Source of the DNA: Lingula anatina
Lineage: Eukaryota > Animalia > Brachiopoda
Reading direction: 5' to 3'
Assembly (NCBI GenBank): GCA_051362555.1
Contig: CM120640.1
Coordinates: forward strand, 48,834,788 to 48,898,787
Length of the DNA stretch: 64,000 nt
This document shows, in pieces, positions 34,900 to 47,885 of the stretch. Within the stretch, counting starts at the first letter, position 1. Each line of letters opens with the position of its first letter. Made by a program: the position numbers and the translations under genes. Below the pieces are notes generated by a model. The model was not told where the DNA came from. It was given only the letters and a program-made list of their open reading frames with translations, and made no database searches.

Positions 34900-37800
34900 G
34901 CATTCATATCATAATTTACTTTGAAATAAAAGGATTTAAGATATGAATTTTTAAAATCACGGATTACAATCGTACATATATATCTGCTTCTTTCTTTTTC
35001 TTATAAAAGAAAGGATATACTTGTATTTTTTTGTCATATCTGGTTAGAGACAATCATTCCTCTGTCCTCTGTATATTTTTTTTATACGTGTGAAATTACA
35101 CTGAAGTTAACAACCCGTTCTTTGAAAAAATCAGAAAAAATTAAATGTTATTCGATAAGGATGTTTGCAGTTTTGTCTGTCCTAGGTATCATGTCTGACG
35201 AATTGCATGGAATTTAATGGATTATGTGTTTTAAATGATGTAGATATGTTACTATAGATAAAATCTTAGTCTAATGCTGCACGCTGTGTATGACTTACTG
35301 GCTGCTTTGCTGCTCTATGAAAGAGGCCCACATCGCAGGTGGAAAGCAATAAAACTGTCCTCAAATTTTAAATACGCACATTACACCGTTGGTGATGCTA
35401 TTAGGGAACCGACTAAGAGCAAACAAAACAATATTTGTACTCATAAATCTTTTCAATATCTTATTTTATTCATCGACGGTCGAGCTATTTTGGCAAAAGC
35501 ATAAAAACAAGTACTGAAGTCTTTTTTAGACTTATTCGGATATGTGCATTTTCAGTTGCAGGTTTCCAATATTAGTTGCATAGATCTAACGGTTTTTGAG
35601 CATTTGGATCGTGATTTACAGTTCAAAGCCCAATTTGGGTTGCGATTACAGTTGACGCATTCAGAACATATGGCAACATGCTTGACTGCATATAAATAAT
35701 GTTTTGTTACAATTTAGTCGGAAAAATCCATTTAACTATTGATAAATAACCCTTAGCCGTTGCAAACCAATTGCACCAGTCGCGCGATGGCTTGAAAATC
35801 ATGACCTGCTGGACGTGTCTTTCTGCTTGTATACAGTGATTTTCATGAACAAAATGTACTTTTGTTTTACGGGAACACTGCTTCAGTAAATGGTAAACGG
35901 TATTTCCAATTTCAATAACATATTTCAAACGTCAGAAACATGCAATACATGTAAAATAAATGTGCGATATTGACTATACAAACAAACAGTGCCGTTTACT
36001 AAATCTTTTTTTTTTTATTAGATGTGGTCCTTTAAGATATGCCTCGAGATTATATTCACAAATTCTGCTAAGTACTGATGTCAAGTAATACATGTATTTG
36101 GAACAATTGACAAACGCAAAGCAGCCAAAATGATGAACATTACAAAAATGTTACAATGCTTCAGGAGGAATTCAATATTGCAATGATTGTTTGTTATCTG
36201 TATGTAGCCTTAATGTGTCTGAGGGCGATTATCATTACGCATGCAATCACAATCCGCGTTATCTAATCACGCTGTTTCCACCCTCGCGTTTACTTTGTTC
36301 TCGAAGGATGCTAATGTAACCACATAAAAGCAAGACCTTCCATAATACAATTTCCGTTCACAATTCACCCAAGATGACATTTAACTGTTCAAAAATTGCA
36401 TAATAGATAAAAAGAAAATGCGCCTTAAATGTCATTCGCGGTTGCCCTTGACTTGTTCTACATACAGTTCCTTTTTTTGTTATCTCCTGATTGGTTTACA
36501 CGAGGTTCGTTTTGCAACTGCTGACTCGATTACTCAAAATTGATTAAAACGGGGAGTATTTTTTTTTTTTTAATTTGGAATCAGCAGGCTCCATTTTCCG
36601 TCTTAAACTATCCTACAGCAGATATCCTTGATCTATATTTGATAGTTTTTTACGTAATGATAAAACCAATCCATCAATTTTAGCCACCGACTTTTCCATT
36701 CCGATGCATTAGATGCTTTCGCATGGAGGAAAACTATTCAATGATAAATCTCTACTTCTCTCGATGTTGGACCGTTGTTTTCTGTTTATAACTCTCAGAT
36801 ATAGCACTGTGAATGTATAAATGAATGTATAACATGTATGTCCTAAAATTGGACAACCCCAACTAGTTTGCATGTAAAGCTTTGAGTTTTGAGTGGCAAA
36901 TAAAGTGAAAGAAGGTGATTCGTTGTTAGAATTGAGCTGTCGCATACATGTAAGTGCATTTGCAGCAACATAATATGAGGATAAGAAAAATCAGTCGGTT
37001 TTCGATTTCTAGAGCATTCGTCCGACTACTTCCATAACAATTACCAACAGATGTTTTTCATGAGTAATAGCAAACCCTTAATACGTTTCTCCCTTCTGTA
37101 TATCACTAAGTTTGACGAGGTTTTAAGTAAAAAATCACTTTTTTAAATACATTAAGGCTAAGATTTTATTGTGGCATGCAAGGTTGATATTTCTCCAAAT
37201 TGTTTCTTTTCAAGAGACAGTATCCAACATTCTTCCATGCAAATTGTACATGAATTTTATAAGAAAAATGTCACGGGAATATGTAAGCTTTATTGAGCAG
37301 TCAGTTGCTTTTATGCGTGCAAGTCCACAGTTCTTCTTTAAAAAGCTGTTCATTTATAACCGATGTGAAAGGCACAAAAGTATTATTTGTAAGTGTATCA
37401 AATAATGAGTTTTTATTTCTGATTCTGGACAATACCTCCAACAGATTTGCCCAGACAATATTTACCTTTCTTTCCGTTCGCTCGTGGACAATTGGGATAT
37501 ATGCTTATGAAATATTATATAGGTAGATAATTATCAGTTTCCTAAGGTCTTAATTTAAAAGAAATGAAAGGGAAATATTTTTACTTTGAGTAAGTGATGT
37601 TTTATTAGGAAAAGTACTTATATGGTGACTGTGGTGCCACAGGTCATTGGATGAATGTAACAAGCAGGGACGCGGTGACTTGTACAGTTCTTTAAAGTGT
37701 ATTTTAGCAATCATTGGATAAATAGGTTTTGCTTGACTTCTGTCCATTAGTGTACGAACATTTTGTTGTACAATCATTAATAAATCATATATTAGGATTC

Positions 37801-38249
37801 AAATTTCCTATTATACAAGGCGACACAAAAACTGTTTTACGATGGGAGGGATGGGAGGCAGTGGAATGGTCCAGCTGTTATCGCCATATGCTTGAAACAC
37901 ACATATCAGATAATTCGGATCTACAACACCTACGGACCCCGCCTACAGACCCCAGGTGACTTTTTCCCAATATAACAAAGGTCCAAGCTTTTAACACAAA
38001 AATGATAAATGCCAATTTACGGCAGCTGAGGCAAACCTTGACCCAAGTTTGGAAGAGATTCCCCAGCAAAAATATGGTACTTGTGAACACAAGTCTGGAT
38101 CTTTATCTTCCACACGGGGGAAGGGGGCGATGTTGATATCATTAACTGTATATCAGTCACATTAAAATCTGTGGGAAATTATAATTGATTTTTAACCATC
38201 AATAAAGAGTTATACGAGTATTTTTAATAGAAGCTGAGATACAGAAGCC

Positions 38250-39097
38250 ATGTTAAACTATCCATGGGAAGAGTGCAATGAAATGATGAAAAATCTCTTA
38301 TATGCAGTGATACATGTACAGCTGTGCACAAAAGAAAAGTTGGCATTAATAATCAAATCCAAAAATGTGACAATTATTTTAACCAACACTGTAGAAAGAC
38401 TAGGGCTTTTTAATACGTTGAGGAGAATCGCCAGGGGAAATAACTCATGTCATTTAATTGATGAACAGGAGGAGGATGCCAGCATGTTCTTCGCGAAAGC
38501 AAAATTAAGCCCTTGAAGACAATTGAAAATCCGTATCTATCTTCGATGAGTCCAGGTTATGTATTAGGCGTCTTGCGACATTCTCGGACTGGAGGTTATG
38601 AAGACGAAATTATTTTCACCACCAAATATGACCTCTCAATAATGGTACTAGGATACATTGGCAGTTACACTAATGGAGAGGTTTGGTAAGTGAATAAGTT
38701 TACTTAAAGGATTGAATACGTGCTTCGGAAGAAAACTTTTTAAATATCAGTTCTGAACATTTATGGGGAACAAAAATGGCCTTTCATTTTCTAAGATGAC
38801 TGTGTCACTATATCCACAGGACATGCGCCAATCGGGAGTAGTTACTTCAGCGGGGAATAATTGGGGTCGACTGGATTGCGCAGTCGCCAGTCGCAAACAA
38901 ACTGAAACAAATATGAAATAAATTTCCTTCCAGATCTCCTCCGATGATGATGTTCTAATCGAATCAGCTTTTTACAGCCTCTGGAAAGATGCAGGTTAAA
39001 AGCAGTTTTCGCTTAGAGAGAGATTTAATTCAAATAGATCATCCTCAAAGACGGATTGTGGAATTTAAAGTCGCACGGTTAATCAAACATATATTAA
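38250..39097 (+). pseudogene. Highly decayed Tc1/mariner (Tc1-type) transposase
   Basis: Collinear remnants across frames: *KSVSIFDESR (38545, cf. W..V.FSDES), TTKYDLSIMVLG (38642, cf. TVK...SVMVWG), FIF*DD (38783, cf. FQQDN), DWIAQSPVANKLKQI* (38869, cf. WP.QSPDLNPIE.LW), QRRIVE...Y* (about 39047-39097). Confidence 0.7.
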
Positions 39098-39229
39098 AAT
39101 TACCTTTGCCCTTGTAGAATAAAATGATGGGATATGTTGTTTGTTTTGGCAAGGCAACTCTAACTATTCGCCCCCCCCCCCTTGGCGTGGGGTCCGGGGC
39201 CTGCTCAAGGGCCCCGAATTTTTTTTTTT

Positions 39230-39267
<38 letters not shown>

Positions 39268-39805
39268 GGAGGGAAAACGGTGCCCTTTGGTACGGTTTAG
39301 AACTATGATTCAGCTAGTAAAAATTCTAATTTCAAGAGGGAAATATTGGTGTGATATATTTTTCAGAAACCGAACGGGGGGGGGGGGGGGGGCAGGACCC
39401 AACTGTCCCCCTTTCTTAATCCGCCACTGTAACTGCGTTTGTTATGTTGCAATACTTTCGTTGGGTCTGTACTTGTGTAACTTTATTTCATTTCCCAATA
39501 CGTTATCCATTGCTTAGGAAACCTTTCTTTGGATTACAAGTCATCGTTACAGCAAAAGTTATTAAAATTAGCAAGCAATTACCGTATGTCTAAATTTCCA
39601 TTGGAAATTCTCAAAAACTATAATCTACTAGCCGTATGAATTCTTCAATCCAACTTATTAGGTGAAAAAGAAAATGAGGTAGACGGAATATAATAAAAAT
39701 CAATCGGAGGGATAATCTAAGGGAATAATCCGTAGAAGGATTTGTCCGAGGTGAAGATGATCGAGACGGTAACTGTTCGGGGAGGGGGGTGATGTACGTT
39801 TGAAA

Positions 39806-39879
39806 GTGTGTGTGTGTGTGTGTGTGTGTGCGTGTGTGTGTGCGTATGAATGTGTGAGTGTGTACACGTGTATGTGTGT
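39806..39879. repeat. (GT)n imperfect microsatellite
   Basis: Directly visible; similar tracts at about 34866-34897 and 39234-39263. Confidence 0.9.
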
Positions 39880-40194
39880 ATCAAACACATTAGCCTGGTC
39901 AGTATAGCAAAAAAAAAAAAAAAAGAACCTATCCCCACGCTTATAACACGCCACGGTAGTTGTTTTATTACACATTACAATGGGGGGAGATCTACTTTAA
40001 AACCACTGCCGCCAATAGTTGATAACAACTGCTTTGTCTTTAACCCCAAAAGGGATCAAAATAGGAAAACAATGACTTCAGATGACCAAAAATAATCTAT
40101 TTTATTCAATTTTAGGTCCCGAAAGTTATGTTCCCTTTTAACTTTCGTCCAAAGCCAAAGTTATGTATTATTTATTTATTTATTTAGTTATTTA

Positions 40195-40246
<52 letters not shown>

Positions 40247-41757
40247 TTTGAAGAGGCGAGTGGGAGGGCCAAAACTGAAAAAAATCCTCTTTTGTATCTT
40301 TTCATACATGTAGGCATATACACCAATTTTTCGATCGGAATATATACTCCTAATATACTTGGCAGTATGTCGAATAACCATTCCCTCCTCCCTAACTGGC
40401 CGATGGAACCTTGTATCGACATTAAATTAGTCAAAACCTCCCAACTAGCCAAGTACAGCATGCTATCGTGTATATCGAGCTAAAGGGTACATGTAGCAGT
40501 GCATTATTTGCCATACATACTTAGGAAATCGTGCATTTTTCCCACAATCGGCAATCCTCGGCTGACTCCGCTGCGCTCCATACATTGTCGAGTGCGTGAG
40601 ACACCCGAATAGATCCCAGTGTGTTTCCCACACAAAACTTGAATAGAATACGCGCATGGTAGTCCATAAGGTCTGACCTGAAAATGCGTTTATAAATAAG
40701 CATGCTATTCCATTTTAACGAGTGTAAGATATTGAGAGTGTTATGAATTTCAAATGTCCCCAAGTAAATACTTTTGGGTCCGTTAACTTCATATTCCTTG
40801 CCAATGTACCATGATTTGAACATTTAGACTGGAACTCTTTTTTTCTTATCAATGTGATGAGTTGGACAACCAATAGGAGCAGTCAAATTGACGACTACTT
40901 TCTTTGTGACCTTGGCTGTTACTATCATAGGGAAGCTTGAAGGGCGCGAGTGAGTACTGATACACAACTAAGCAAAGCCCCTCAAAAACGCCAAGGTCAA
41001 ATTAGCCTTAGTACCGAAATTATAGGCCTTCCTAGTATTGGTTAAAAGGTAATAACTTCTCCGAAAGGACATTTTTGCTTTTTACTGACGGCACATTTAG
41101 TGTAGTTAACGGCCTTCAATATTTATTATTTTATACTTCTTTTAACAAAATCTACAAACAAAAAATGATCTAAACCCCATAGTCTATCACCCACTAAAAT
41201 AGCATTTCCTTTGAATTTGACAATAAATATTTATTTCTCACTTGAACGTGCGGTAATGAAATTGTAATTTTCACTCAAGTTTCATTGAGCCGTCTTTTGT
41301 AAGCTATGAAGAAACTTAATTACTTCATAGACAAAACGCTTATATATTATGATAAAATGCAACACTCCCCAGATATTTAGAATTTACCTTAACCACTGGA
41401 GAGCATAAAGTAACTAGAATGCAAAATTTTGACAAAGAATATGATATTTACACCGACAGTACGTGATGCGTTTGCGTGCGCGTGTATATTATTATCAATT
41501 GAGTCCGTATGCTCTTTATATATACATGTATGTATGGCTTCTGACATTTCAATCTCTTTTTAACAAATTACTCTTGATGCAAAAGCCATGTTGTTCAATC
41601 CCAGTGAGGAACACCCCATAACAAGTTTCCTTTGGCAACGTGTCAAGTTCTCAACCACGTAAACGTAAATGCGATAGGTATTGATTACATGTTACGATTT
41701 GATCGGTTTGATGGGGTGAATATATTTTAAACGCCACCCCGCCGTTCCCTTGACAGC

Positions 41758-42918
41758 TCACACTTGGGTCTCAGTCACCGATGACCCGTTGATTTGATGG
41801 AATTGAAAACTGGTTCTTTTTCTCTGCCGGATGCAGAATCGAAAGAGTCGTCTGTATCCGAGGCGAACTTGCGGGAGTCTGATGCCATAGATAAATGGAT
41901 CTGCAAGCGAGTTGGCCAAAATAAAATTGAACGCAACGTGGTGATATATAGCACATGGCACACAGTTGCCCAGTGTCTGTGAATGTGCTAAAATCAATCC
42001 GTCCACAATTCCAGGTATCCAGAACAAAATCACGGTTCCAAAGAGTAATCCAATTGTGACTTTCACTTTGGATTGTTGTTCTCCCTCACGTGAATTATTC
42101 CTGCCGATCTTATCCTTGACATTGAAGTGCTTTTTTACCTTGAGGAAAAGCCTCGCGTAAAAGAAGCTTAAAGCCATTACGACTACGGCAAAGATGGCAG
42201 CAAACATGTAAGCTGAATTTGTGTAATACTTTGGGGTTAAGAATGACCGACAAAAGTTCTTGACGTAACCCATTTCGTCGATCCCCCCTTCTTGTAGATT
42301 ACTAAAAACTGGGAGGGCAAGGGTGACGATGACTCCCACCGACCAACTAAACCCCACGTAGATCATGGCCTTTCCTTTGGTTAATAGAGTTTTATGCGCA
42401 AGAGGCTTGCTAATGGCGATATATTGCTGAACGACGAGTCCAGACGTTGTTAAAATGGGTACCAACAGAAATAAATAGGCCATCTCTGAAAAAATTAACC
42501 CAAAGCAAACAAGTAAAGGATCGTCTACTTCACTTGTACTGGCGTTGATGTAGAGAGATGTTCCAACACTGGAGAAAAATACCACAACAAGGTCGGCGAC
42601 TGCTAAATTGATAAGGAAAATATGGAATGCTTCCCAGGGTCGGCGCATTGACAATAGGGCCATCAAAGATATAATGTTCTCCAGTACTCCAAACACCGAC
42701 AGTGCCAAACTGAAACAGGCGAAGGACTTCTGTATGGTCACGAGCAGTAACTTGTCCGTTGGAAAAAACGAAGAATTAGTTTCTGGGAAAAACCAGCTGC
42801 TTGACTGACTCATATTGCCGTGGGCCTTCGACGTCTGCGAAGATTCAAAATGCCCTGTTCTTGTAAAATTGATATGCGTAAGTTCAAATAATACTGAATA
42901 ATTGCTTTCCGTATTCAT
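41758..42918 (-). CDS. Orphan class A (rhodopsin-like) GPCR, 386 aa, single coding exon
   Basis: Seven hydrophobic segments; TM1 GVLEN, TM2 NLAVADL, TM3 QQYIAISKPL, TM4 W, TM6 FWIP, TM7 NSLADPFIY; N-terminal N-glycosylation sequons. A splice acceptor ttttgcag precedes 42967, so the first in-exon ATG (42918) is preferred over the ORF start at 42990. Confidence 0.92.
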   Translation of the reverse strand: MNTESNYSVLFELTHINFTRTGHFESSQTSKAHGNMSQSSSWFFPETNSSFFPTDKLLLVTIQKSFACFSLALSVFGVLENIISLMALLSMRRPWEAFHIFLINLAVADLVVVFFSSVGTSLYINASTSEVDDPLLVCFGLIFSEMAYLFLLVPILTTSGLVVQQYIAISKPLAHKTLLTKGKAMIYVGFSWSVGVIVTLALPVFSNLQEGGIDEMGYVKNFCRSFLTPKYYTNSAYMFAAIFAVVVMALSFFYARLFLKVKKHFNVKDKIGRNNSREGEQQSKVKVTIGLLFGTVILFWIPGIVDGLILAHSQTLGNCVPCAIYHHVAFNFILANSLADPFIYGIRLPQVRLGYRRLFRFCIRQRKRTSFQFHQINGSSVTETQV

Positions 42919-45900
42919 TGTATCGCGTGACACGAGCGTGTTGCGTCGGTTTGGATTCGATAAGAACCTGCAAAATGAATAAAAAAACATAAAATTGCAA
43001 AAATATTTTTGGTTTTTAACATTTACTTATGTCTTAAAATCATGTTCAAACCTTTTCAGTGTATCTGACATACATGTACAAAAAAGTATACATGCATGCA
43101 ACAAAGTCAATATTTACTTTACACAATCGCGCACAAAAGATACTTCAGTACGTCTGTAAATTGTGACAAGAAATAGCACATTTTGATTGACATACCCATT
43201 AAATAAAATACACATACTTTTAGTAGGAAATACCAAAAGTTTACCTATTATGTTCGGTCCGCCTTGATCTTAGAGAAACGTCATTCTTTTAATTCATTAT
43301 TATCAAACTTATCTGAATTTACACCTATCTATTCTGTCACTCCTGTCAGGCACACGCGAATAATAATCACGAAAAATAGCAAGCAAGACGTGTGTTCTCA
43401 TTGCAGTTAATAGACAAATCCACTCAACTCGCCATGTAATTTGGAAATCAAATCGCCCTGAATATGTTGCAAGTAATGTTACTTTAAAAAACCATTCCAG
43501 AACAAAATTTAAAATAAAACCAATGATTAATATACGTACTAGCATGCAAAAGATGCACGTTGGTGAAACTCTGATGGAAAACACCAGCCCAGTGCAGAGG
43601 TAAGCACCTGTTTACTAAAAGAGATCCCCAGTGTCCATCGATGATAATCCGCTACTCTAAGACGTATATAACCGCGCATAGTTAGTGCTGCTTATTAGTT
43701 TGGCTTCTTATGACGACCTGCATTCAATCTGACTCTAAGTAAATGACACACGCTGAGCATACTGGCGGCTGCTAGACTAATGCGACCCTCGCCGGATTGA
43801 ATTAATTTATGGCAAATGTAACGAACTACCACCTTTTTATCTGTTTTGACTAAGACTGATATGTTTAAAAATGAATTGCAGTAGCTGTGAATGTGTTTTC
43901 GTTAATTTTTTTATGTTGACCTGTCACAAAGGTTAATAGGTCAGTTCGATCGTACGCATACAGAATTTTTCATTAAACCCTTAAATCTTTGATACGGACA
44001 GTTTTAGATGCAAAAGAATGAAAGGATACATTTTTGTCTGGGTCTTAAGTTCCTCTTGCAAAACAAATTGTTTACATCTTGACCACATCAAATAACGGTA
44101 CACTTATTAGTCAGATCTGTACAAACTTTAGCACACTCTTGCTAAAACCTTATTTCGAAAATTAGGCACATATTCGTTTTTCTCTATTCTGTGACAGTAT
44201 TCACGGAACCATTGATATACCTGAGTTAAGCAATGGCTATTCAACAATTGTAAAGTATGAGAAATGGAACAAATAGCTTGAGTAGTGCACATTAGATGCT
44301 TGTAGTTCAATGCCCTGTGAGACAAATTTGAGCAGAATATGTAGTGAGGTTAAATGTGTATTTATGTCTCTTGAGCAGTTGCAGTTCCAATTCTGCCCAG
44401 CGAATTTGAAGGGCGATAATACTGCCCTATATCTAAAGGTTAAGCGCGTGGAATAATGAGTTTTTTTTTCATGGTTGACCCTATTACAATCACACCGTTG
44501 ACAGAATACTGCATGCTTTTCAACAAGAGTATTTAAACTGTAAAAATCACCAATTTTTGTCTGACTGGACATTTAGATAATTTAATACAATCCGTGAAGT
44601 AGTGACCTTGGATTGGCCATCAATGAATTCGAAGGCAATCTAAAAATGGCCTAATTCATTTAGAAATAAACGTTACCTCATGATTAATGCCCAAACATTA
44701 AGCATGTATTGTCGAATTATTTCCAGCAAACGTTACCTTTCGATATTTTAAATATTGGAAACATATTGGGCTCTTTGATGGCACTGCCCATATGCCTTAT
44801 TTACTCAAATGACCATCCAACTCAAAGTTAAATACGTTTACCCTTGATATAGGCCTATATGCAAGGTCACTGTTGACTATTTCAAATGTGATACACCCCA
44901 CACATCGTCTTTCTAATTCTTCTAATAAGTTAGTAAATTGTTGTTCCTAGATTTGGCCTTGAAACAACAAACAGTTTCATGCAATCTATCCATCAATATC
45001 TTCTGTTGACACTAATGACTCTGCATGTCAACAACATGCAATGTCCACATACGATACCGGACAAGCAGTATCAAAACGTAAACAACCAGTTCCCGCCTAT
45101 TTTTTTAACGGCAAGGTCTTATTCGCGTAATTGAATACGGAAACAAAGGAGGGTGATAGTCATGATTCGTGCTTATTTCACCCCTGTTACCCTAATAAAG
45201 TTTTCACAATATAACTTTCCAAATAAGGCCATAATAACAAAAACATGAAGGGGGTAAATAATGATAACTTGTAAATCATATAAGTTGGAATAAGATAAAC
45301 CAAGAGAGGTGTAACTGAATTTTCCCTATAGATTAATAAAAACAACACAGAATCCACACATCAACGGACATATAATTACCCCTAAATAGTAGTTTATATG
45401 AGGTCATATACACGTATTTCATGTTTTATAGTAACTCCACACATTTAAAACCAAAATAAGATAACTCAGAATCTAATTTGTGACTATATGCTTATATTTT
45501 CTTACAATTGAGAAAAAGAAAATAAGAACACGTAGGGCTTATCTATCATGTGACTTAACACTTGCAACGTGCAAACGCCAATGTAAACGATGAAGGTTTA
45601 ATTCTATAGGATCGCTTACCTGAAATTCGTCTACTTGGCCACTTGCAGACCTTTACGGGCATTAGTTCTTTAAATTTACCGACGGAAAACGCCGAGCCAA
45701 GATTTTTAGCATATCACCTTGTAAGCTCTTGGCTCATCAGAGTGCCTTCAATCAAAGCCATCTCTCGCCTATGCCTGACTGTTTTTGCTGCTCTCGTTGA
45801 TCCAATTTCTAAAGGTGTTGGTTTCAAACCTTACAACAGCAAATGAATAGGGGTTTCACAGGCATACAATACATCTGTCATTCTAATGGGTGTTGTGATG

Positions 45901-47019
45901 CAACATTGAAAAGTGGTGATAGAAGATTAAAATGACAATGACGAGAAAAGCTATTAACACGCCCATAGGTATATACTGGATGACGTAAAGGTTTGGTTCC
46001 CAGGAGGCAAGTAATGCATTTAGGTATCCTCATACGAAGACCAATCTAATGTAGACATGAGCGACCGTTGAAATCCCAAGGCAGTGTAGTCTAGCATGAT
46101 TCCTAATCAAGTTTGCAAAGATGTGACTGAAGTTTTCTATTTCATTATTATGGCAGCTCTACTCCAAACTTTATAGGGAAGTCTATAACCCCAATTAGGA
46201 AGAGTATGGACCTTTGCTCATATTATTTCGATAAAACATTCATAATTATATATTGTTAGATACATGTAGTTCGAAAATAACTCTTTTCCACCAGACAAAG
46301 AATCTTCCATGAAAATATTTTTAAAGACAAACACAGCAGCAAATAAGATGAAAGGCATATCGTGACGAATTTAAATATACCAACAACACATTTACTGTCA
46401 TGCAGCCAACAATTGTCTCCGTTTACGGCATTTCTGGCAGTGAAAGAACAGATGAAATTATGTGAAAACACAGCGATTGTCTCATTCATGTAATAGACTC
46501 AATTCCTTAGAGAACAGTTTAAGTGACTTTTACACAGTTGCCGTGACAAAACAATTTGAAGTCTTCATGCAAAATGTAATACTTCTTAAACTTTTGGTAT
46601 TTTAACGGCCTCTTACAAAAAATGAGGTTTTAGAAAAAAATACACGTATCAGTGTCTATGTTTACAGCAGGTACATGAACGTTCTAATTGTATAGTATAT
46701 ATGCATTATCAATAGAGACAACAGTCAGTTAAATGCCATATGGTAAATTTAAAACAAGCAAAATGTTTAGCGAATGTACAGAAAAACTAATGCAGTAAAA
46801 TGATCTCCAAAGCTCATTTATTATGTTTAGGTTGTCTATAAACATTGGTACCTTAAATGTACCATTTTCTGTGAGGCATTAATACATGTCTTGCATTAAC
46901 CCATGCCTACTGACCTCTTCAATATCTAGCGGCAAAGTTGAAATTCCATAGAGGAAAAAGGCTATAGCTGTCTGCCTTTGCCGTTCTAGACCACATTTTT
47001 GTATAATGCGCTGGTTTTT

Positions 47020-47885
47020 GCCCCGTTCACACCTAGTTCATACCCTTCCACGACGACGGCGTCACGATATATTGGTAACTCTCACAAGTCTGAGACATGC
47101 GCCTCTTTGTGTCTACACAAAGCAAGCAACTCCGTTTACACCACCCTTGCGATCGCTTGGAAACCGATATCTGACTTATAATCGCCATTTGTTACAGGGA
47201 TACAAGACGGTGTTCAAGCGATCTGGAGAGTCTCCCAAGAGCTCTCTCTTAGCCCCAAGTCACTCTCCAACGGGTCTCAAAAGTCGTAATAAACTACCCA
47301 GTCGTTTGCTTGCGGTAGTGTCTGGTTATGACTTGTTCGAGACATTACAGTTTGATGAATATGTTTAAGCTCTCATAACTATCATATGTCTCAAGCTGAT
47401 CTCCCTACTAATGCGCCCATACTGGAGTATTCAATATGTAGTGTCGAGAGTTCAAGTCCAAGTTAAACTCTGTCGCAAACTGTCGCAAACTCAAGAAATT
47501 GACTTGTTATGGCATGGAGGTTCCTGTGGAACCCCAATACAAGCATTTTCGATCTCGTGTGAACTACTAACAACCCTGTTGCAACCACTAGGAGCATTTC
47601 TAAAAGTCCATTACAACTGGGTAATGTGGGTGGTCTATTACGATTTGTGTGACCCACTGGAAAGTGCTTTATGACTCGTAATATCGCGGTCACTGCTCGC
47701 AACACTTTTCGACTCTTTTGTACAATTCAGTGAACTCGAAAAAACTTTGCGATCGATGAAGAGTGATGGAGACAAAGAGAGAGAGAGAGACCTTTTGGGA
47801 GGCTTTCAAGATAACTTTGGCACCTTACCATCCCATGGCGAGCATATCGTTACTGGAGCGATCTACAGCCCAGTGTAAACGGTGT
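47020..47885. mobile_element. Old non-autonomous TIR element (Harbinger-like termini)
   Basis: gccccgttcacac at the left versus gtgtaaacggtgt at the right (imperfect TIR); CpG-rich interior with tcgcaaac repeats; no clean TSD. Confidence 0.35.

Noticed and set aside
39170-39430. GC-rich repeat remnant ending aatccgccactg
   Set aside because: Only one terminus is visible, so the family cannot be assigned.
42919-42990. N-terminal extension of the GPCR ORF (MFFYSFC...)
   Set aside because: The ATG lies in the polypyrimidine tract of a splice acceptor and is probably intronic.
45690-45745. Minus-strand CTGATGA followed by a stem as another hammerhead
   Set aside because: No GAAA core after stem II and no stem I/III pairing.
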